Below, piece after piece: positions 4,976 through 10,592 of a DNA stretch of 10,592 nt. The translations under genes and the position numbers were made by a program. The first letter of the stretch is position 1, and each line of letters starts with the position of its first letter. The DNA is taken from NCBI GenBank assembly GCA_964557845.1, contig CAZLBV010000198.1, positions 1 through 10,592 on the forward strand, read 5' to 3'. Below the pieces are notes generated by a model. It searched no databases. It was not told the DNA's origin and worked only from the letters and a program-made list of their open reading frames with translations. This DNA is from an uncultured Eubacteriales bacterium. Lineage in GTDB: Bacteria; Acidobacteriota; Aminicenantia; Aminicenantales; Aminicenantaceae.

Positions 4976-7315
4976 TCAGGTTTCCTGGTTAAAAATTATT
5001 TTTTTTATATCTTCATCCTTAGCTGTTCCGCTGTTAAAAATGAAACAGCGTGTGCATTCGAGCAGATGACGGTAAAAATTTCTCTGAAAATCTATTCTTT
5101 CTGGAGTGGTCACCAAAAGATGGGGATTAAAAAAGGGTGAAGCATCGCTTGGGGTCTTCTGGACTCCTATGGTTTCTCCGGCTTCCAGAAAGCGGAGAAC
5201 ATCTTCTGGGTCTGCCTCAAACAATGGAGGCGAGAATTTATCATTTTTAAGAATAAACACCCATTTAAGCGCCGTGCGTTTGACATGTTTGGCCGGGCCC
5301 TCTATCCAGTAGGGATCAAGGAGGGCCATGGATTTTTTCGAGGCCGTATAACAAAAGGGTGAGCCCCTGTCCAGCCGGCAGTCATCTATTTGGAGGCATT
5401 TTTCATTCGTACAATCTTCCTTGCGGGTAATGACGTTTTCGCATTTGCTGTGGTCGAATAGGGATGCCAATTCTGGATAGGAATCGACTGTATTGGTCGG
5501 CATAAACAGTTTCCTGTCGATCGCATCCGCCAGGGGAGTTCCTGCGGAAAAGCGGACGAAAATACAGTCATTGGAATGCAGCTTGGCCTGAGGATCATTT
5601 AGTAGGGAAAAGAAGAGTTCGGTTTTTTTGGTGCCTTTGGGGCCGATCAGTACCAGGCCTTGCCCGTTGAAATCCAGGGACATCCCCCGGACTGCATTGG
5701 AATTGAACAGGCGCTCGGATATATCCATGATCATACCTACTGCCAGGCTCCGGAGGGGACCATAATGATCAGCATTCACTACGATCCCGGTTTTTGTCTC
5801 GCTGTTATAGAAAACCCTTGGTTCCCTTCCCGGGATATTATCAACGGCATAAATGATCCCATGGGGCTCTAGATTGGCCTCTAATTCTGCGGGATACCAG
5901 TTTTCCAGCCAGAAGTCGTACAGATGGGATACATTTGTTCTTAGTTGAACGATCACACCATTTATATTGGCGTTCCATTCAAAATAATTTTGGTATGTGA
6001 GGTGGGATTCCATTTCTCCCACAAGGGCATCACGCATTTGGACCGAAATAGAGCCATCTGCCGGGACTGTTCCCCGGGTGTTGGTGAGAGTATTGTTCAG
6101 AGCGATCTTCTTGACTTTTCGGGCGGTTTTAAGATGGGTCAAAGCTTCGGTGATCCTGTCCATCCCCTTCTCTAGATTTTGCATGGAGGTCGCATAAGAC
6201 AAGCGGATGTAATCATCGGCGCCGAAGGCATCACCCGGAACCACTGCTACCTTGGCTTCCTTAAGCAGGTAATATGCCAGGCCGTAAGAGTTCCTGATCT
6301 GGGTTTGGTTGAATTCTTTTTTGTAATAGGCAGAAAAATTAGGGAATAGATAAAAAGCGCCCTGAGGTTTAAAGCAGGATAATTCCGGGATGCTTTGTAT
6401 GCGCATCAAAACATAATTTCTGCGCCGCTGAAATTCAGCCTGCATTTTCGAAATCTCATGTTGCGGTCCGTTAAGGGCTTCCAAACTGGCTTTTTGGGAG
6501 ATGGAACAGGGATTTGAAGTCGTGTGGCTCTGGATTTTTGCCATCCCGCTGATAATGTCTGCCGGCCCGGCAGTGTAACCGATTCTCCACCCCGTCATGG
6601 AATAGGATTTGGAGACTCCATTGATGATGATCGTTTTTTTCTTAACTTCTTCTCCTAAAGAAGCAAAGCTGAAAAAGCGAAAATCGTCGAAGATGAGTTT
6701 TTCGTAGATCTCATCTGCGATAACATAAATATTCTCTTCCAGGATAATATCGGCTAGAGCCTGGAGTTCGTTTTTTTGGTAGCATGCACCGGTTGGATTA
6801 GAGGGATTGTTTAGAATTAAAGCCTTGGTGGCAGGAGTGATGGCTGCTTTGAGCTGCTCGGGAGTGAGGAGAAAGCCATTTTCTTCTCTGGTGGGGATGA
6901 AAACGGTTTTACCTTCAGCCAGAGAGACCGCATGTGGGTAGGTTACCCAGTAAGGCGCGGGTACTATGACTTCATCTCCTTTGTTTATAATGGCTTGGAT
7001 GGCATGATACAGAGAACTTTTTGCTCCTGTGGAAACAATTATTTCATTCCGTTCATAGGAAAGGCCCGAATCTTCTTTGAATTTCTTGATTATCGCATCT
7101 TTGAGCAGAGGGATGCCTTCTGCCTGAGTGTATTTGGTGAAATCATCTTTTATGGCCTGGATCCCGGCGTTTTTTATATTTTCTGGAGTTGCGAAATCAG
7201 GCTCGCCCACACTGAGATCGACGACGTCTATCCCCTCGGCCTTCATAGCCTTGGCCTTGCTGGTTACCTTGAGGGTGGGGGATTCCCCAATTAAATTTGC
7301 CTTTTCTGATACCAT
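4976..7315 (-). CDS. Fusion protein: N-terminal class-I aspartate aminotransferase (aa 1-~397; nt ~6125-7315) + C-terminal truncated, motif-divergent PEP-carboxykinase-like P-loop domain (aa ~400-779; nt 4976-~6118)
   Basis: N-terminal half has GEPDF, [15 protein letters not shown] and the PLP-lysine motif [13 protein letters not shown] (bacterial AspAT). C-terminal half is collinear with PEPCK. [24 protein letters not shown] aligns with [25 protein letters not shown]. P-loop [13 protein letters not shown] is present. LHSNDCIFV aligns with [39 protein letters not shown] aligns with [38 protein letters not shown] aligns with LVNTGWN. The kinase-1a Lys-Lys and the first metal-binding Asp are not conserved. 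RBS AAGGAA upstream; 30-nt gap to the flotillin stop. Confidence 0.8.
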   Translation of the reverse strand: [779 protein letters not shown]

Positions 7316-7345
7316 TTTATTCCTTTTTTATACTAATAAGAGGAA

Positions 7346-8755
7346 TTAATTCTCTTCTTTTTCTTCCTCAGGATTCAGTTTATCTTTCATATATTTCTTT
7401 ATATCGACTCCAGTAAGAGATTTAACCACCTCGGGCATCTGGGCAATTATCTCAGCGACCTGACCCGTAATTTTTGAGGCGCCTGTTCCCTTGTCCCCTC
7501 CGATCAGCACGATCTTCTCGATCTTAGAGAGGGGCTCAGAGACGGCCCTGGCTAATTCCGGTAAACTGTTGAGGTACATTTCCAGAATGGCTGCCTGGTT
7601 GAATTTTTCCCAGGCTTTAGCTTTTTCCAGCATGGATTCGGCTTCGGCGAATCCGCTTAATTTGATCTTTTCCGCTTCCGCTGATCCTTCAAGCTTCATA
7701 GCGACTGACTTTCCTTTGGCTTCTGACTGGATGCGGTATTCTTCTGCATCTGCCTCTGCTTTTATCTGATTCTTTCTGGCTTCAGCCGGTTTAATGACAT
7801 TGGATTCAAGTTCTTTTTCGCGGCGTTCGATCTCCAGTTCCTCGATTTTTATGGCTTCCTGTTTTTCGATCTGCTTGACCTTGGCTTCCTGTTTCTTTAA
7901 TTCCTGATTGATCTTGTAACGTTCAATTTCGTAGGCAAAATCCGCGATGGCTTTTTTCTGATTGACTTCTACCTGTGACTCAGCTTTTTTAGCTTCATTC
8001 TCCCATTGGGCTTTTGCGATCAGGGCTTCGGCTTGCAGCCGGGCAACCTCTCCTTCTTTTTTCGCTTCTGAGGATTTGATGATGGCTTCTTTATCGGTTT
8101 CAGCCTCTGCAATGGCAGCATCCCGCTTGACTGCCGCGATCTGAGGTTTTCCCAGAGCAGCCAGGTATCCCTGTGTGTCGCTGATATCTTTCAGGGAAAA
8201 AGACATGATAAGCAGCCCCATTTGTGAAAAATCCTTTTGAGCTGCAGCGAACACATTCTGGGAGAATTCATCGCGATTGCGGTAGATCTGCTCAACTGTC
8301 ATTTTACCAAGAACTTCACGCATTTTTCCTTCCAGTATATTGACCGACACGTCCCTGATGCCTTCCTTGCCGATCCCCAGAAATTGTTCTGCGGCTTTTT
8401 GAATGGATTGTTCCGAGGATTCGATCTTAACCTGGGCCACCGCCTCTGCCATGATATGTACACCGCCAAAAGTCAGCACTTCCGGAGTTTTGATGTTTAT
8501 GGAGATGATCTCCATAGGAAGCACATCTACGGTTTCCAGAAAGGGGAGAACAAAGGTGCCGCCGCCGACTCGGTAGCGGTATCCGATCTTGGTTTTAGTC
8601 CCATCCGGGGCAATGGCTGTTCTTTTCCTTCCGCCGGATATTATGAGCACTTCATGTGGGCCGACTTTACGGTATTGTTTGGCCATGAGAAAAGAAAGCA
8701 GGCCAAGGATGACTATGATTATTCCGAAAAGAATTAAATAGGAGACAAGACTCAT
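7346..8755 (-). CDS. Flotillin / SPFH (band-7) domain protein (FloT/YuaG-like) with N-terminal TM helix and long Glu/Ala/Lys-rich coiled coil
   Basis: N-terminal hydrophobic helix LILFGIIIVILGLLSFLMA. SPFH core HEVLIISGG...VLPFLETV...TVEQIYRNRDEF. Extended EA-rich heptad region (AEAETDKEA...KELESNVIKPAEARKNQIKAEADAEEY). C-terminal flotillin tail LIGGDKGTGASKITGQVAEI. RBS AGGAGG 5 nt before the ATG. Confidence 0.85.
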   Translation of the reverse strand: MSLVSYLILFGIIIVILGLLSFLMAKQYRKVGPHEVLIISGGRKRTAIAPDGTKTKIGYRYRVGGGTFVLPFLETVDVLPMEIISINIKTPEVLTFGGVHIMAEAVAQVKIESSEQSIQKAAEQFLGIGKEGIRDVSVNILEGKMREVLGKMTVEQIYRNRDEFSQNVFAAAQKDFSQMGLLIMSFSLKDISDTQGYLAALGKPQIAAVKRDAAIAEAETDKEAIIKSSEAKKEGEVARLQAEALIAKAQWENEAKKAESQVEVNQKKAIADFAYEIERYKINQELKKQEAKVKQIEKQEAIKIEELEIERREKELESNVIKPAEARKNQIKAEADAEEYRIQSEAKGKSVAMKLEGSAEAEKIKLSGFAEAESMLEKAKAWEKFNQAAILEMYLNSLPELARAVSEPLSKIEKIVLIGGDKGTGASKITGQVAEIIAQMPEVVKSLTGVDIKKYMKDKLNPEEEKEEN

Positions 8756-8854
8756 TCTGACCTCCTTTGAATGATACCTTTGTTATTTTCGATAAAAATT
8801 GTGTAATATTAAATCATATAATTTTTTTCGTGTATTTTTCAACAGATTTATCAT

Positions 8855-8897
8855 AGATATAGATATTTCCAGTTATTTAATCGAAATATCTATATCT
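8855..8897. repeat. Perfect 15-bp inverted repeat AGATATAGATATTTC-N13-GAAATATCTATATCT overlapping the stop codon of the GT2 gene
   Basis: The right arm encodes the C-terminal RYRYF of the GT2 protein. The left arm lies in the 121-bp gap upstream of the flotillin operon. It could act as a terminator-like hairpin for the GT2 transcript or as a palindromic operator. Confidence 0.4.
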
Positions 8898-9575
8898 TAT
8901 TAAATGAAATATCGCGGCTAACCCATCCTTCCACCCGATCTTTTTTCCCTCATCATAGTCCCTTCCAGAATAAGAGATAGGGACTTCATAGATGCGGCAT
9001 TTCAATTTTGCTAATTTTATGGTTATTTCCGGTTCGAAACCGAATCGGTTTGACTTTAGTGTTATCTTATCAAGAATTTCCTTTTTAATGACTTTATAAC
9101 AAGTCTCCATATCCGATAGATTCAAATTTGACAGCATATTTGAGAATGTGGTGAGAACCTTATTTCCGACATAGTGCCAGAAAAAAAGAACCCGGTGAGG
9201 GCCTCCAAGAAACCTGGAGCCATAAACAGCGTCTGCTCTGCCGTCTAAGATCGGTTCCAACAAGACCGGGTATTCAGCGGGATTGTATTCAAGATCGGCA
9301 TCCTGAATAAGAACTAAGTCACCGGAGGCATGGGAGAATCCGGTTCGCAGGGCTGCGCCTTTGCCTTGGTTCTTTTCATGAAAAAAAACTTTTATTTTAT
9401 TCCCTTGAAGCTTTTTTAGGATTTCTTTCCCACCATCCTGGGAACAGTCATCTACCAGGATTATCTCTTTTTCCAGCGGGATATCAACTTTTTGAACTCG
9501 GTTGAGGATCTTTTCAATAGTATTCTTTTCGTTGTAGATCGGAATGACTATAGAAATTTTGTTAAAGGCATTCAT
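8877..9575 (-). CDS. GT2-family polyprenyl-phosphate glycosyltransferase (DPM1/ArnC/GtrB-like catalytic domain, no C-terminal TM segments)
   Basis: N-terminal SIVIPIYNE...[12 protein letters not shown] and DXD-like LIQDADLEY are typical of GT-A fold GT2 dolichyl/undecaprenyl-phosphate sugar transferases. Start ATG overlaps the upstream gene's TAA (TAATG). Confidence 0.75.
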   Translation of the reverse strand: MNAFNKISIVIPIYNEKNTIEKILNRVQKVDIPLEKEIILVDDCSQDGGKEILKKLQGNKIKVFFHEKNQGKGAALRTGFSHASGDLVLIQDADLEYNPAEYPVLLEPILDGRADAVYGSRFLGGPHRVLFFWHYVGNKVLTTFSNMLSNLNLSDMETCYKVIKKEILDKITLKSNRFGFEPEITIKLAKLKCRIYEVPISYSGRDYDEGKKIGWKDGLAAIFHLIRYRYFD

Positions 9576-10516
9576 TATTTGTTTGCAGTTAATTTCTTTT
9601 TAAAATAATCGATTGTTTTTGTCAGGCCTTCCTCCCAAGAAGTTTTCGGCGACCATTTGAGCATTTTTTTGGCCAAAGATATATCCGGACATCTTCTGAC
9701 CGGATCATCAGAGGGAAGAGGGTTAAACTTGATCTTGGATCTACTTCCGGTCAGTTTAATGATTTTTTCAGCCAGCTCCAGAATAGTGCCCTCATCCGGA
9801 TTGCCAAGATTTACCGGGCCGATAAAATCTTCTTTGTCCATCATCAACTGGATCGCCTCGATCAAATCAGTCACAAAGCAGAACGAGCGAGTCTGGCTTC
9901 CGTCTCCATAAATGGTTAAAGGTTCCTCTTTGAGAGCCTGGACCACAAAATTACTGACAACCCGGCCATCATCAACAGCCATGCGGGGGCCATAAGTATT
10001 AAAGATCCGTGCGATCTTTATGTCTACATGATTCTGCCGGAAATAGTCCATAGCCAGAGTTTCCGCCACCCGTTTTCCTTCATCATAACAGCTCCTGATA
10101 CCGATGGGATTCACATGGCCCCAATAATCTTCAGGTTGAGGATGGACATCTGGATTCCCGTAGACCTCCGAGGTAGATGCAAGTAAAATCCTGGCTTTTG
10201 TCCTCTTGGCTAAACCTAACATGTTGATAGTACCCAAAACATTGGTCTTGATCGTCTTGATCGCATTATACTGGTAATGAATAGGAGAAGCAGGAGATGC
10301 CAGGTGAAAGATCTGGTCCACTTCCACAAACAGAGGTCGTATGATGTCGTGACGTATAACTTCAAAATAGGGAAAACCGGTTAAATGCCGGATGTTGTCT
10401 TTATGCCCTGAAAAAAAATTATCCAGGCACAGCACGTCATCGCCTTTTTCCAGTAAAGCTTGGCAGAGATGACTTCCTAGAAAACCGGCTCCTCCCGTAA
10501 CCAGAATACGCTTCAT
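9575..10516 (-). CDS. uxs: UDP-glucuronic acid decarboxylase (UDP-xylose synthase, extended SDR)
   Basis: Collinear with UXS1-type enzymes. [14 protein letters not shown] Rossmann motif. [20 protein letters not shown], the catalytic YDEGKR motif, [10 protein letters not shown] and [23 protein letters not shown] upstream. Confidence 0.88.
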   Translation of the reverse strand: MKRILVTGGAGFLGSHLCQALLEKGDDVLCLDNFFSGHKDNIRHLTGFPYFEVIRHDIIRPLFVEVDQIFHLASPASPIHYQYNAIKTIKTNVLGTINMLGLAKRTKARILLASTSEVYGNPDVHPQPEDYWGHVNPIGIRSCYDEGKRVAETLAMDYFRQNHVDIKIARIFNTYGPRMAVDDGRVVSNFVVQALKEEPLTIYGDGSQTRSFCFVTDLIEAIQLMMDKEDFIGPVNLGNPDEGTILELAEKIIKLTGSRSKIKFNPLPSDDPVRRCPDISLAKKMLKWSPKTSWEEGLTKTIDYFKKKLTANK

Positions 10517-10592
10517 CCTTTTTCTCCTTCATTTTGACCGTAGGCAATAAAGAGCATAGATTTAGTCTTGAGAACCTGTTTTTGCATCGCTA

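Noticed and set aside
5106-7349. Plus-strand ORFs (5106..5312, 5660..5872, 5945..6197, 6932..7294, 7128..7349) and minus-strand 5386..5598 within the aminotransferase fusion
   Set aside because: They are shadow ORFs on the wrong strand or in the wrong frame of a gene with unambiguous AspAT and PEPCK-like motifs.
8237-8737. 166-aa plus-strand ORF antisense to flotillin; also 7491..7769 and 7962..8144
   Set aside because: These are Ser/Ala-rich translations of the complementary strand of the EA-rich coiled-coil region. They are a compositional artefact.
1-10592. Search for CRISPR arrays, IS elements, integrases, tRNA/rRNA genes, toxin-antitoxin or defence-system signatures
   Set aside because: There are no repeat-spacer arrays, no transposase-, integrase- or recombinase-like translations, and no tRNA-like cloverleaf candidates. 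The only repeats are the short regulatory and terminator repeats reported above.

Overview
The window is a chromosomal segment of about 10.6 kb at roughly 45% GC. It carries no mobile element, CRISPR array or rRNA/tRNA gene.

Plus strand: (i) The 3' two-thirds of a sigma-54-dependent AAA+ enhancer-binding protein (NtrC/PilR-like), truncated at the window edge. (ii) An AT-rich intergenic region with a near-consensus -24/-12 sigma-54 promoter, an IHF-like site and an upstream array of TGTCAA/TGACAA repeats, feeding a type IV (pseudo)pilin gene that ends in a strong rho-independent terminator. (iii) A PlsC-family lysophospholipid acyltransferase gene followed by a SIS-domain sedoheptulose-7-phosphate isomerase gene (gmhA-like).

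Minus strand, convergent on the plus-strand genes across a composite palindromic terminator element: a tightly spaced three-gene unit. Gene 1 is a flotillin/SPFH protein. Gene 2 is a 779-aa fusion of a class-I aspartate aminotransferase with a truncated, motif-degenerate PEP-carboxykinase-like domain. Gene 3 is a full-length ATP-type PEP carboxykinase.

Further upstream on the minus strand a UDP-glucuronate decarboxylase (UDP-xylose synthase) gene is translationally coupled (TAATG overlap) to a DPM1/ArnC-like GT2 polyprenyl-phosphate glycosyltransferase gene.

The most unusual content is the aminotransferase::PEPCK-like fusion next to a canonical PEPCK and co-operonic with a flotillin. This arrangement suggests a channelled aspartate <-> oxaloacetate <-> PEP module. 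I do not recognise it as a described system.
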